From the NCBI GenBank assembly GCA_047495785.1, contig JBLDXI010000039.1:1-64000 (forward strand): 64,000 nucleotides of DNA, read 5' to 3'. The stretch's first letter is position 1. Each line of letters opens with the position of its first letter. A program made the translations under genes and the position numbers. Positions 46,114 to 55,964 of this stretch are shown here, one piece after another. Below the pieces are notes generated by a model that saw nothing but the letters and a program-made list of their open reading frames with translations, ran no database searches and was not told the DNA's origin. This DNA comes from Lepidodermella squamata (taxonomy: Eukaryota > Animalia > Gastrotricha).

Positions 46114-47580
46114 CTAATCAATAATATTTTCTGCTTTTTCCCATGTAGGATGGTCATATCCTGCCCATTTAATTAAAACCATATCTTTCCCTTTAACTTT
46201 CTTCCTTTGTAATATTTGCTCAACTCGGTGAATACTGCTGTCATATAAATCACTTTCTTTGATTTTAGACTTCAGTAACTCCTGCTCATAAAAACTTCCA
46301 ACTACTTCCTCTCCATCTAATGCTTTTAATTTATATGTTCTTGGATATGTATCATTGACTTTTACTATTCTCAACAATTCTTCAGACCAATTTGGATGAA
46401 ATCCTTTTTCAAAATGCTCTTTAATTCTACTAATCCTTACAATGTCATTCAGCATAAATTTTGGCTTTTTCAATTTCGGCGAGGGATTAGGATAGAGACT
46501 TCGTAAAACTTTTTCTTTATTATTTGGATTTACTGCTTCAGATGGGGTCATCTTAATTGATCTATGTTTCTTATTGTTATAAGCATCCAACAAAGTATCT
46601 AACATATTTATCCATCTTCGTGTATTTTCAAGAGTAAACCTCTTCCACATCATAGTTTTAAGTGTTCTGTTAAATCGCTCTATAATTGGGTTATGAAAGT
46701 TTTCATACGTTGAATATCTGATGACATCATTTGTTTTCAACCATTTTGTGAATATTGAGTTATAAAATTCACTACCTTCATCAACCCAAATATTGTTTGG
46801 TTTTCTGTTACTTTTATTGATAACAGCGATGAATGCATCAAATACAGTTTTAGCATCTTTCGTTTTTAATGGGACAGCCCATGCATATTTTGAAAAGCAA
46901 TCAATGACAGTTAACAGATATTTGTAGCCATCATTGTCATCTGCCAAGTCAACCATGAAACATATATCCATTCCCCATGTTTCATCAACATCATGGAGGA
47001 TAACCCTGCGTCTTGGAAATCGCTTTCTAACCGGTTTATGTAATTCATCGGCTAGAATTGGAAAGTTTACTTTACTCGTTTCTAAAGGTTCGGAAAGATT
47101 AGGAACATGCTTGATTTTCTTAATCTTTTTAGTTTCATTTTTACTTACTAGTTTTGGCTCTACATAACTTACTTTCGTCTTTCGTTCACGAAGTGTCATT
47201 CCTTTTCCTTGAAACTTATCAGCTAAACCACCCTCTGTGAACGTTTTGTAAACAAAAGCAGCCATCAGTTTTTCATTACCATTTTTATTCGGATCCTGAG
47301 CAATTTTCAAAGCTTTTTCAGCCAAAATTCTATCAGATATTGTTCGTGGCTCCCTATCTCTATAAAAATGATACGCTGCATCATGTTCCATTGCTGCTCT
47401 ATCCAAATCATTTATGCCTTTGTATCCTTCGTTTATCCGTTGAATGAATTTAGTGCCAGGACCAGCATATGAATACTTGTTCGTATTGTTAAAACTACCT
47501 TTCCGCACGTATTCACCGGAACCCGGAAAACTAGGCAAATGCAATTCGGTCGGCAAGTTATTAATTATCTGATCAAACAT
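46114..47580 (-). CDS. Fusion: parvovirus-like PLA2 + RVE integrase + chromodomain
   Basis: YAGPGT...LDRAAMEHDAAY (PLA2); WGMD...IDCFSKYAW...VDEGSEF...IERFNRTLK (DDE); VEQIL...IKWAGY...TWE (chromodomain). Confidence 0.92.
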   Translation of the reverse strand: MFDQIINNLPTELHLPSFPGSGEYVRKGSFNNTNKYSYAGPGTKFIQRINEGYKGINDLDRAAMEHDAAYHFYRDREPRTISDRILAEKALKIAQDPNKNGNEKLMAAFVYKTFTEGGLADKFQGKGMTLRERKTKVSYVEPKLVSKNETKKIKKIKHVPNLSEPLETSKVNFPILADELHKPVRKRFPRRRVILHDVDETWGMDICFMVDLADDNDGYKYLLTVIDCFSKYAWAVPLKTKDAKTVFDAFIAVINKSNRKPNNIWVDEGSEFYNSIFTKWLKTNDVIRYSTYENFHNPIIERFNRTLKTMMWKRFTLENTRRWINMLDTLLDAYNNKKHRSIKMTPSEAVNPNNKEKVLRSLYPNPSPKLKKPKFMLNDIVRISRIKEHFEKGFHPNWSEELLRIVKVNDTYPRTYKLKALDGEEVVGSFYEQELLKSKIKESDLYDSSIHRVEQILQRKKVKGKDMVLIKWAGYDHPTWEKAENIID

Positions 47581-47701
47581 TTCTGAAGTATAGCTAGAAG
47601 TTCAATGGTTTCGAAATTCACGCCTACAAGCTCGAATATGATGAATCATGAAAAGTCGCGCTTACAAGCTCGGCTGCAAATTTTCTAATATATTTATAAG
47701 A

Positions 47702-48403
47702 ATGATTAATTTTGATGATATAGTTTCCCAAGGCAGTAATAATTATATAAATCCAAATCCATTTTTCCCCCAGCATCCTGCTAGAATATTAATTATCGGG
47801 CCTAGTAATTCAGGTAAAACTAATGATTTGCTGAACATCATACATAACTCAGTTTTTCATAAAATATACGTTTATTCCAAAACACTTGATGAGGATAAGT
47901 ATCAATTTCTAATCAACGTTCAACGACGGAAAGAAGAGGAATTGAAGAAATCAGGTATCTCTGAAAGCCTCATTCATTTTAGTACAGACTTAAAAGATGC
48001 GATACCAATGGAAGATCTGGATAAGCGTTATCAACATCTATACATTTTTGATGATGTATGTTTAACCGAAAAGAAAAGCCAAGAAAAATATATTGGCGAT
48101 TTGTATATAAGAAGTAGAAAATACAACTGCTCGGTCGTGTATTTATCTCAATCGTATTTCAAAGTACCGAAAATAATCAGGGACAACGCTTTATTCGTTG
48201 TATTGAAACATTTGAATGATTTTAGAGAGGTTAAAACTATTCATAACATATATGCATCCGAAATGGTAAGAGAAGACTTTATGAAAAAATATGAAGAAAG
48301 CATCAGCACTTACAATCGCCATGGTAGTTTCATTATTGATTGTAATTCCAGGCATAAGTTGCTGAAACTGAGAGCAAATTACATAGGTATATTTCATTCG
48401 TAA
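47702..48403 (+). CDS. A32/FtsK-like DNA packaging ATPase
   Basis: GPSNSGKT Walker A, YIFDD Walker B, SRKYNCSVVYLSQSY motif; likely start ATG 47702. Confidence 0.93.
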   Translation: MINFDDIVSQGSNNYINPNPFFPQHPARILIIGPSNSGKTNDLLNIIHNSVFHKIYVYSKTLDEDKYQFLINVQRRKEEELKKSGISESLIHFSTDLKDAIPMEDLDKRYQHLYIFDDVCLTEKKSQEKYIGDLYIRSRKYNCSVVYLSQSYFKVPKIIRDNALFVVLKHLNDFREVKTIHNIYASEMVREDFMKKYEESISTYNRHGSFIIDCNSRHKLLKLRANYIGIFHS

Positions 48404-48432
48404 TTATCTAGTCATTGATTAAAAAGACTTTC

Positions 48433-49545
48433 ATGACGATCAAAGAACTAACAATACCCGAACAAATTCAAATTTTAAAAAATTTGGAAAAACAGGAAAA
48501 TCTGCACAATCAAAATATCGCCCTTGCCAATGGAGATACATACACTTTGAAGCATAAATATAACGTAGACACCGAATTGAATCATCTAGCGTCCATTCAA
48601 AATGCGATCAAACAACGACCTGTTGTCAATTCTATAGAAAAATTGAATAATAATTTAACAAGAATGAAGCCTGAGGTGATAGCCAAAGAAATAGCCCAAG
48701 AAGTTAAATCTGAATTAAAGCAACCTAAATTGGAACCTTCAAGCCCATTATCAAAAAGTGAGTCAACTGATAGAGATGAAAACACATATGAAGAATATCA
48801 AAGTGCTCGAGAGCCTGAGATCGATATGAAAAGCATTAATGAGAATGTAATCAAGAAACATAATTTCCCCCTGGTTGATGACATTGAAGCTGATAATATT
48901 GAAGATGTCATACATGATATATCTGAATATAATAAGAGGGTTTTAGGATCACGTTTAGCTACTTTGACACGCGGCGGTAAAAAAGAATCAGAGGAATACA
49001 ATCAAATAAAATTCGAAATTGGAGAACTTAAAAAATACAGGTCAGCCTTAGAGAAACTAACTGGGGAACAGAGTGGCAGCGGATTTGCTAAACCAATTCC
49101 AAAAAATTTAATAAAATTTGGGAAATATTATGCTAAGATTAAAGATCTTGCGAGTAACAAATTATGCATTAGGAAGAAAAATAATGCGATAGTTTTTAAT
49201 ATGAATATAACCAATGGAGTAAAACATTTGTTATTCAAAAACTACGATCCAAAGAAGTACAACTATACGAATGAAGATATTGACATGTATAAAGAAATAA
49301 TAAGAAAGACCAATTTCGAACCTAAAAAACATTCTAAGGTAAATAGGGTTATAAAAGGAGAATCACTATTTCTGAATGTCAAGGATGCAAAAACAAGACT
49401 ATTACATTGCCTTGGTGAAATAAAAGCCGGTAACAACAATAAAGAAATTAAAAATGAATTAGTATCCATAGCTGATTTACTTCTGAAACATAAAAATATC
49501 TCAGATGCAGAATACAAGAATGTTTGCACGTTTGCCAATATCTAA
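48433..49545 (+). CDS. Polinton-type hypothetical protein
   Basis: Long ORF within the virion gene cluster; C-terminal GEIKAGNNN..IKNEL motif; GSG site. Confidence 0.75.
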   Translation: MTIKELTIPEQIQILKNLEKQENLHNQNIALANGDTYTLKHKYNVDTELNHLASIQNAIKQRPVVNSIEKLNNNLTRMKPEVIAKEIAQEVKSELKQPKLEPSSPLSKSESTDRDENTYEEYQSAREPEIDMKSINENVIKKHNFPLVDDIEADNIEDVIHDISEYNKRVLGSRLATLTRGGKKESEEYNQIKFEIGELKKYRSALEKLTGEQSGSGFAKPIPKNLIKFGKYYAKIKDLASNKLCIRKKNNAIVFNMNITNGVKHLLFKNYDPKKYNYTNEDIDMYKEIIRKTNFEPKKHSKVNRVIKGESLFLNVKDAKTRLLHCLGEIKAGNNNKEIKNELVSIADLLLKHKNISDAEYKNVCTFANI

Positions 49546-49556
49546 CTTAATAATAA

Positions 49557-50297
49557 ATGAGTATGATATTTCTGCCATTAGAAAATAATCAGAATAACAA
49601 GTCAACACTAAATAATACTATAGATCGCTATCTTAATCAAAAGATCAACTTTTCAGGACGGAAAATAGCTGTTTCCTATATTCATTTTTATGACACATTT
49701 CATAATGTTTCCGGGAAATATAATAACAACAAATTAAAATACATAACAGAAGATGAAACATTCGAGGTTACATTTCCTGATGGGACCTATACTTACAAAG
49801 ATTTTGATAATTACTTACACTTCTCCATGAAAAATAATAATCACTATTCCCTGGATAAGGAATCAGGGGTTGAAATTTATCCAATAAATCTCGTGGTAAA
49901 TAGTGTATTTTCTTGTCTCAGCATTAGGATATCAGAGAAATTTGGCCTTTTAATAGAATCTGACGGGATTTCAAAATTTTTAGGTATCGAAATTGGAAAT
50001 TACGATAGTGATTTCAATTCTCAGAAAATACCTGATATCACAATGGGGTTCGATACTTTATTTGTTCATTGCAATGTTGTTGATAATTCTATAATTCCTG
50101 AATATAACACAGTGATTTTTACATGTCCCATGAATAGGAGATTCGGCGAGCATGTAAATATAACACCGAATGAAAAACGGTATTTAGATTGTAATAACGC
50201 AAATACGCAAAATATTAAAATCTGGCTGACTAATCAAGACGGATTGCCTATTCACTTTGTTGAAAACAAATGGGGCATTGGATTAGATATTATATGA
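49557..50297 (+). CDS. Minor capsid protein (penton, single jelly roll)
   Basis: NVSGKYNNN, FPDGTY, LFVHCNVV, IKIWLTNQDG motifs typical of Polinton pentons; position next to MCP. Confidence 0.85.
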   Translation: MSMIFLPLENNQNNKSTLNNTIDRYLNQKINFSGRKIAVSYIHFYDTFHNVSGKYNNNKLKYITEDETFEVTFPDGTYTYKDFDNYLHFSMKNNNHYSLDKESGVEIYPINLVVNSVFSCLSIRISEKFGLLIESDGISKFLGIEIGNYDSDFNSQKIPDITMGFDTLFVHCNVVDNSIIPEYNTVIFTCPMNRRFGEHVNITPNEKRYLDCNNANTQNIKIWLTNQDGLPIHFVENKWGIGLDII

Positions 50298-50413
50298 CCC
50301 ATGAAAATTCGCGCCTACAAGCTCGATTACGATGAATCATGAAAATTCGCGCCTATAAGCTCGAATCGGATGATAAAGACGATAGATTGTGGAATTTCTA
50401 GTTTTATAATAAA

Positions 50414-50725
50414 ATGAAACAGAACTCTAAAAAAATTTATATTCGGGGTAGAGGATTCGTGGAAGTTAGTAAGCAATTATTAGGAAAATTGATTAGCATG
50501 GGTAGAGATCCTGCAGAGTCATTGCTAAAATCCGCTCTAAAATCTGGTAGTGAAGTAGTTGGTGATAAGTTAGGAAATTACGTAGCAGCAAAAATAACTG
50601 AGCAAGTAATACCTGATCCTCAACAGAATATAAAAGCTATTGAAGAGTTGGAGAATAGAATAAAGGATGAAATAGCAAGCTTTAATTCAGATAGAATAAC
50701 CGGGAAAGGGTTCAAAAAAATCTAG
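50414..50725 (+). CDS. Small virion core-type protein with GxG motifs
   Basis: IRGRGF and ITGKGF motifs; located between the capsid genes. Confidence 0.65.
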   Translation: MKQNSKKIYIRGRGFVEVSKQLLGKLISMGRDPAESLLKSALKSGSEVVGDKLGNYVAAKITEQVIPDPQQNIKAIEELENRIKDEIASFNSDRITGKGFKKI

Positions 50726-50738
50726 TTATATTGATAAA

Positions 50739-52118
50739 ATGTTACAGCAAGAAATCATTAACAATCTGTTTGAAACCACCGAAATTGATGACAGATTATT
50801 TGAGAAGAAGGTATGGACTGAAACTCCCGCGCAGAATTTCATTCAGGATAGTCAGAGCCAACCAAACAAATTGATATTTTCTACAATCAATTTGAAAGAC
50901 AATTTCCTATTAGTTCGAGAAGGGTACATTGAATTTCAGCTTCACTTTGTCAGAAATAATGCTAAGGATTTTGCTGCTACTGATAAATATGCTATTCGTA
51001 ATCATGTGTTGAGTTTATTTGAATCTGTTGAAATTCAGATATCTGACAGCGATCATAAAATTGAAGAATTGAGATTCACCGAACATTGGGCAAATATCAA
51101 CTTCTTGTTAAAATGGAGTAAAGAATATGCTGAGACGTATGGAGAAGAATCGTTGTTTTCTAGGGATTGTCCATTGCCAAGAGCAACAAGAACACTTAGC
51201 GAAGATGTAACAGCTGATTCATTTGACGGATCCAAAGCTACTGCGAATAATGGTCTTATTGTAAGGAGTTCATTTGTAAAAAGTAACCAAATGATATGTA
51301 CTCTGTTCTTGAAAGATCTTCCATTTTTCAATTCATTCAATGGTATTTTCACCAAATCAAGATTCAGAATTATATTAACCCCGAATTATAGTAAAAGCCT
51401 AATATATGTCATTGCAGATGCAGCCACGGGTGAAACTGCTGGTATGACATATAAAATATCGAAAGCAAATCTGATGATTCCAGAAGTTACGCTCATGAAT
51501 AAAAATAAGTTGGAAGTTTTAGAAAAATTCAATTCAGGATTTTCAAAAGTTCACAAATGGATGTCGATCGAACCATTCCAATCACAGCAATTTGCAAATA
51601 ATATTCAGAATATTCAATGGACAGTGTCAACAGAAATTAAGAAACCAAATTACATTTATTTAGTATTAATTCCTGATTATACTGATACTGAAATACCTAA
51701 AAAATTAAACCAGATATACAACCTATGGAACATTACTTCATATTCTTTGTTGATTAATAACAAGGAAGCTTTTAATGAGTCAAACGTTAGTTTTAATTCA
51801 TTGAAGGCACATAAATTATATCAATACATAAAACAGAATATGTCTCAATCTGGTGACAGAGAAAGTTTAAATATAGGATCGCAAATTTCGTATCTCGATT
51901 TCTGCAATTTGTATAGAATCCTATGTTTCAATCTAAATGATATTGATGCAAGTTCAATATATAATTCACGTGCTGATAATACTTGTTCAATCGTTTTCAA
52001 AGCTACTGTTGGTGCAGTTAATAAGCCCTTAGTAATTTATAGTTTCATTGAACGTGAAAAAGAAATCGCATTTAATTATAAGCATGGAACTTTGGATATA
52101 TCTCTGCAAAGTCTATGA
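50739..52118 (+). CDS. Major capsid protein (double jelly roll)
   Basis: 459 aa, beta-rich, LSLFESVEIQI and KPNYIYL segments; size and position fit a Polinton MCP. Confidence 0.85.
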   Translation: MLQQEIINNLFETTEIDDRLFEKKVWTETPAQNFIQDSQSQPNKLIFSTINLKDNFLLVREGYIEFQLHFVRNNAKDFAATDKYAIRNHVLSLFESVEIQISDSDHKIEELRFTEHWANINFLLKWSKEYAETYGEESLFSRDCPLPRATRTLSEDVTADSFDGSKATANNGLIVRSSFVKSNQMICTLFLKDLPFFNSFNGIFTKSRFRIILTPNYSKSLIYVIADAATGETAGMTYKISKANLMIPEVTLMNKNKLEVLEKFNSGFSKVHKWMSIEPFQSQQFANNIQNIQWTVSTEIKKPNYIYLVLIPDYTDTEIPKKLNQIYNLWNITSYSLLINNKEAFNESNVSFNSLKAHKLYQYIKQNMSQSGDRESLNIGSQISYLDFCNLYRILCFNLNDIDASSIYNSRADNTCSIVFKATVGAVNKPLVIYSFIEREKEIAFNYKHGTLDISLQSL

Positions 52119-52143
52119 AAAGAAAATCTAGTCTTCCAATAAA

Positions 52144-52761
52144 ATGAGTAAATATTTTGAATATGAAATTCCCCTGTCCGATGGGCAAATTCAAAAATTA
52201 CAATCAGGGATAAATAATAGGAAATGCATAACATTGCAAATAAGTAAGAAAGATATTCATTCAAAAACTAACTTGAAAAAAGTGTTCCTTACGAAATCCC
52301 AAATCAATAAAATAGAAAAACATAGAACTATGAACACGGGGGTGGAATTACAATTTAGCCTTTCACAGTTAAAAAAGAACCAAACGGGCGGAATGATTCC
52401 TTTACTGCCGATATTAGCGAAGGTTGGATCAATTGCTGCCCCATTGGCCATTTCTGCAGTATCTGGTTTAGTCAATTCAGCTGCTAATGCACTTGGCAAT
52501 AAACTTGTAGGAAATGGCGTCACTGAAAATGTGAATCTCAATATTTCCAAAAAGGATTTGGCTGAGATTATCAGATACATTGATGTTTTGGAAAATAAAA
52601 ATATACTACCTGGCGGATCTAAATCAGCATCTGAGAAAGATATTGAACAGAGTGGCGGTGCATTTGTTTTACCCTTGATTGCTAGTTTATTAGGTACGTT
52701 TTTACCCACATTATTCCAGAAAGGAAATGGAATATATTTGCCATGGGAGTCAAAAAACTGA
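52144..52761 (+). CDS. Virion core / membrane-active precursor protein
   Basis: QTGG-MIPLLPILAK and QSGG-AFVLPLIASLLGTFLPTLF hydrophobic helices follow GG motifs. Confidence 0.7.
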   Translation: MSKYFEYEIPLSDGQIQKLQSGINNRKCITLQISKKDIHSKTNLKKVFLTKSQINKIEKHRTMNTGVELQFSLSQLKKNQTGGMIPLLPILAKVGSIAAPLAISAVSGLVNSAANALGNKLVGNGVTENVNLNISKKDLAEIIRYIDVLENKNILPGGSKSASEKDIEQSGGAFVLPLIASLLGTFLPTLFQKGNGIYLPWESKN

Positions 52762-53198
52762 AAAAATTCTTCCCTCTTTCAAATAGGCAAATTGATCATA
52801 TATTAATAATGAAATTGGGGAGAGAATACAGCGGATGCTTTCCACGAGATGGCTTACCAGCAGTTTTGAAAAATGGTTATTATGTCATAAATTTAGATAA
52901 TCAAACTGGGACGCATTGGGTATGTATGCAAGTGACTGATAGCAATATAGTTTATTTTGATAGCTTTGGATTTATATGCCCAAATGAAATAATACTTAGA
53001 AAAGCTGCGAGGGATATATATTACAGCACCCATGAGATTCAAAATATAAAATCAGTGGCCTGCGGTTTTTACTGCATCTATTTTTTGTGTGAATTGTACA
53101 GAGGCCGAGATAAACTTGAGATACTGTTGGATTTTGAAAACAATAACAATCTCTCGAACGACTTGAAATTGATGGGATGGTTTAATGATAACTTCTAG
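52743..53198 (+). CDS. Adenain-like cysteine maturation protease
   Basis: INLD...GTHWV, YFDSFG, IQ...CGFYC (H-D-Q-C). Confidence 0.93.
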   Translation: MGVKKLKKFFPLSNRQIDHILIMKLGREYSGCFPRDGLPAVLKNGYYVINLDNQTGTHWVCMQVTDSNIVYFDSFGFICPNEIILRKAARDIYYSTHEIQNIKSVACGFYCIYFLCELYRGRDKLEILLDFENNNNLSNDLKLMGWFNDNF

Positions 53199-53211
53199 TT
53201 AGAATGTAAGA

Positions 53212-53343
53212 ATGTTTTGTATGAAATGTAAAATCGTTACTGGGAATGCTAATGAGCAAATTGCATATACAAAAAATAAGAAAAAAGTCTTAAAATGTAT
53301 ATGCATTTTATGCAAGTCTAAAAAGTGTAAATTTATTACTTGA
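53212..53343 (+). CDS. 43-aa zinc-ribbon protein (DUF5679-like), missed by the ORF track
   Basis: MFCMKCK...KCICILCKSKKCKFIT*; two CxxC pairs; fills the gap between the protease and the next gene. Confidence 0.7.
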   Translation: MFCMKCKIVTGNANEQIAYTKNKKKVLKCICILCKSKKCKFIT

Positions 53344-53374
53344 AGCTTTGTTACTGTTATTGGATAAGTTGCTA

Positions 53375-53869
53375 ATGGAAAGAAAAATGAGTGATGAAGA
53401 GCTTTTCGATTTGCATTACAAAATTGATAGAAGTGGGTCATATGAAAACCTTGCATACAAATATATGACTTGCGAAGTTTGCAACATTGATCTATTCCCC
53501 GATTATCATGAAAATTTCAATATTTGTACATCTTGCGGTCGCTGCTATCCATATTGTAATCCCGAAGGTAGTAACCGGTTTTCACCGCCTTACAAAAGGG
53601 CATGGCATATCATGTCTGTTATCAGAAAGCATGACTTACACATTAATGGCCATGAGCAAGATAAAATCATGAATTTATACAAAGAATTAGATAGACTATA
53701 TTTCAAGAAATTTCCAAAGAAAAATATGATACATATACTATTTGTGTTACAATATATGTGTAAAAAATTAGGTTTTGTACATATAGCCCAAAGAATCAAG
53801 ATTATAAAAAATGAAAAACTTTTGAAAAAATGGGAAGATAAATTAAATCTAGTATTTAACCAAGAATGA
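53375..53869 (+). CDS. Poxvirus VLTF3-like late transcription factor
   Basis: CEVC...CTSCG zinc ribbon, PYKR, KKNMIHILFVL...KLLKKW pattern recalled from VLTF3 proteins. Confidence 0.65.
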   Translation: MERKMSDEELFDLHYKIDRSGSYENLAYKYMTCEVCNIDLFPDYHENFNICTSCGRCYPYCNPEGSNRFSPPYKRAWHIMSVIRKHDLHINGHEQDKIMNLYKELDRLYFKKFPKKNMIHILFVLQYMCKKLGFVHIAQRIKIIKNEKLLKKWEDKLNLVFNQE

Positions 53870-54600
53870 AAAGCTCCGTAATTTTTATCCCTAAAGAATG
53901 GAATGAACATAGCAAAAATAAGGGAAACGATAAATATATTCGAAGTGATGGATCAGTGCCATTTGATGGAAATGTAAATATGAATAATAAAAGGATAGAG
54001 AATGTTGGCGACCCTGTGCATAATAGCGATGCAGTTAACCTAAAAGCTTTCGTGACAGAACGTGAGAAATTTATAAAGGGCTGTGACGAAAAAATAACAT
54101 CGCATCTTTCGACTTTCAATACGTTCAAAGCCAAAGTTGAACAGGATATGGCGAAAATATCTGGTTCAAATCCAGACAATATTTCCCTTTTTATGTCCGG
54201 GCATAATAGCATTGAGAATGAGAAATTCCTAGTATTTAGTACTTTACATTCTACTCATATATCAATTGATAGCAGTGATGCTTTTTCTGAGCAAGACGAT
54301 GAAGGAGATGCGATTTTACCCGGTTCAGTGGCAATTAAGGAACCCCTTTTTGCCCGCATACAGCTGTGGATAGCCGTAAATGGAGAAAGCAACTCAATCG
54401 CAATCAGCCTAGTGAAGAATGAGCAACAAGTTTTGGGGAACAAATACTCGACATATAATCAGCTCGGAGAAACACGCTTAGAACACTTGGAAATGATTGA
54501 AAACTTTGATAGAGGTGATAAATTTCAAGTTTTATTGACAACCAAGTCTAAAATATCTTGTAAATTTTATCTAAGAATTTCTAGTTTATTATATAAATGA
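53866..54600 (+). CDS. Putative fiber/spike protein
   Basis: MNNKRIENVGDP..NSDAVNL YadA-stalk-like motif, a coiled coil, and a beta-rich C-terminal head. Confidence 0.6.
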   Translation: MKSSVIFIPKEWNEHSKNKGNDKYIRSDGSVPFDGNVNMNNKRIENVGDPVHNSDAVNLKAFVTEREKFIKGCDEKITSHLSTFNTFKAKVEQDMAKISGSNPDNISLFMSGHNSIENEKFLVFSTLHSTHISIDSSDAFSEQDDEGDAILPGSVAIKEPLFARIQLWIAVNGESNSIAISLVKNEQQVLGNKYSTYNQLGETRLEHLEMIENFDRGDKFQVLLTTKSKISCKFYLRISSLLYK

Positions 54601-55205
54601 CCGAGCATAATATTTATCCGACTGCCCCTAAATTAGAAACGCGTTTAGAAACAAACAGTACTCAGGAATTTAGGATTAGTGAAATTAAAAAACTTAAAGA
54701 AGTAATGAAAAACGAGATTGATTTTCGCCTTAAATGCTACGATAAGTATAAGAGATCAGCTAATGCACTTAATGGTGTTAATATCGGCCTGTCATCGATG
54801 TCAATTGGACTTGGCGTAGGAGGAATAGGGCTGCTAACAACTATAATAAGTACTCCTATAGTTATTGTTTTAGAAGCTATTTCTATCGGATCTGGACTTG
54901 TCAGTATTGGGTTTGGTATTGGCGCTAAGCAGCTCATGAAAAAGGCTGAAAAGCATGAGAGATTATGCATGCTAGCTATAAGCAAGCTGAATTCGATCAA
55001 TGATCTAATATCAAAAGCACTGAATGACAATTTCATTAGTGATAGTGAGTATAAAATCATAACTAAAGAATATGAAAAATACTTAGAGATGAAGTCTCCG
55101 ATTAAAAAAGATTTAGACAGTAAATCTTCTGTTAGTGATGAAGAAATAAAAAAGGAGTTCATAAAAAAGATCCAAGAATTGCAATTAAATGTAAAAAGTC
55201 GATAA
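54597..55205 (+). CDS. Conserved Polinton membrane protein ('GasderminX'-type)
   Basis: IYPTAP, FRISEI, Gly-rich hydrophobic hairpin, KHE...KLNSI..LISKAL.D..IS..E. Confidence 0.75.
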   Translation: MTEHNIYPTAPKLETRLETNSTQEFRISEIKKLKEVMKNEIDFRLKCYDKYKRSANALNGVNIGLSSMSIGLGVGGIGLLTTIISTPIVIVLEAISIGSGLVSIGFGIGAKQLMKKAEKHERLCMLAISKLNSINDLISKALNDNFISDSEYKIITKEYEKYLEMKSPIKKDLDSKSSVSDEEIKKEFIKKIQELQLNVKSR

Positions 55206-55496
55206 TTCATTTGAATTTTCATACGGCCGAACAGGATAGCCGACATTTATCTTTGGGCTCGTCACCTTTTTCGTATTCTGAGAATCTGCCACCTTATTCA
55301 CCCTAATAATTGTTGGCTTCTTAGCTGAATACTCCTTACGTAATTTCAGTCCAACGTAGCCACTAATAATCACCAAAAAGATTACACATGTATACATAAC
55401 TATCGTTTTCATTTCCAAATTGTTGATGTGGGCAGCTTTAACAATTTCCTTGGTATGCCTTAACATCTCTTCCATGTAACTATAGGAATCGTGCAT
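55185..55496 (-). CDS. Small single-pass membrane protein
   Basis: IVMYTCVIFLVIISGYVGL hydrophobic span followed by basic residues. Confidence 0.6.
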   Translation of the reverse strand: MHDSYSYMEEMLRHTKEIVKAAHINNLEMKTIVMYTCVIFLVIISGYVGLKLRKEYSAKKPTIIRVNKVADSQNTKKVTSPKINVGYPVRPYENSNELSTFYI

Positions 55497-55508
55497 TTTT
55501 ATTTTTTA

Positions 55509-55874
55509 CTATATACTCTCCCTGAGATTTTTCATTTCAGTGAGAAATTCTTTGATTTCGAGCTTTGCTTTCTCTTTCCTCTCTTTCTGACTTACTTTTC
55601 TAATTTCAGCCTGTTTTTCTTGTTGCTGCTTAGCAGTTAAGAAGCTGTTATAAAGAGACTCAAACTTAATCTTCTCTTTTTCCATGTCTAACAATTTTCG
55701 CTCAATATCTTTCGCCGATCCTTTTTTGATCTTTTCGAGTTCCCTGTACTGTTTACTTAACGCTTTGAATCCTATGGAAATATCCTTAATTTCTTGTTTT
55801 AACTGCTCTTGGATGCTTTCATTATCATCCAACATTTCATCCACTTCTGTCAGCGCTATGAATGTACCTGGCAT
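55509..55874 (-). CDS. Coiled-coil hypothetical protein, paralog A
   Basis: Highly similar to 55965-56240. Confidence 0.7.
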   Translation of the reverse strand: MPGTFIALTEVDEMLDDNESIQEQLKQEIKDISIGFKALSKQYRELEKIKKGSAKDIERKLLDMEKEKIKFESLYNSFLTAKQQQEKQAEIRKVSQKERKEKAKLEIKEFLTEMKNLRESI

Positions 55875-55964
55875 GTCTATATTAGTAGTCGAGAAATTTA
55901 TTTTCGCTTTCTTCTCACCTGAACTGCATTCATCAGCATAATTTTTAGTGGATATTTATTATTT

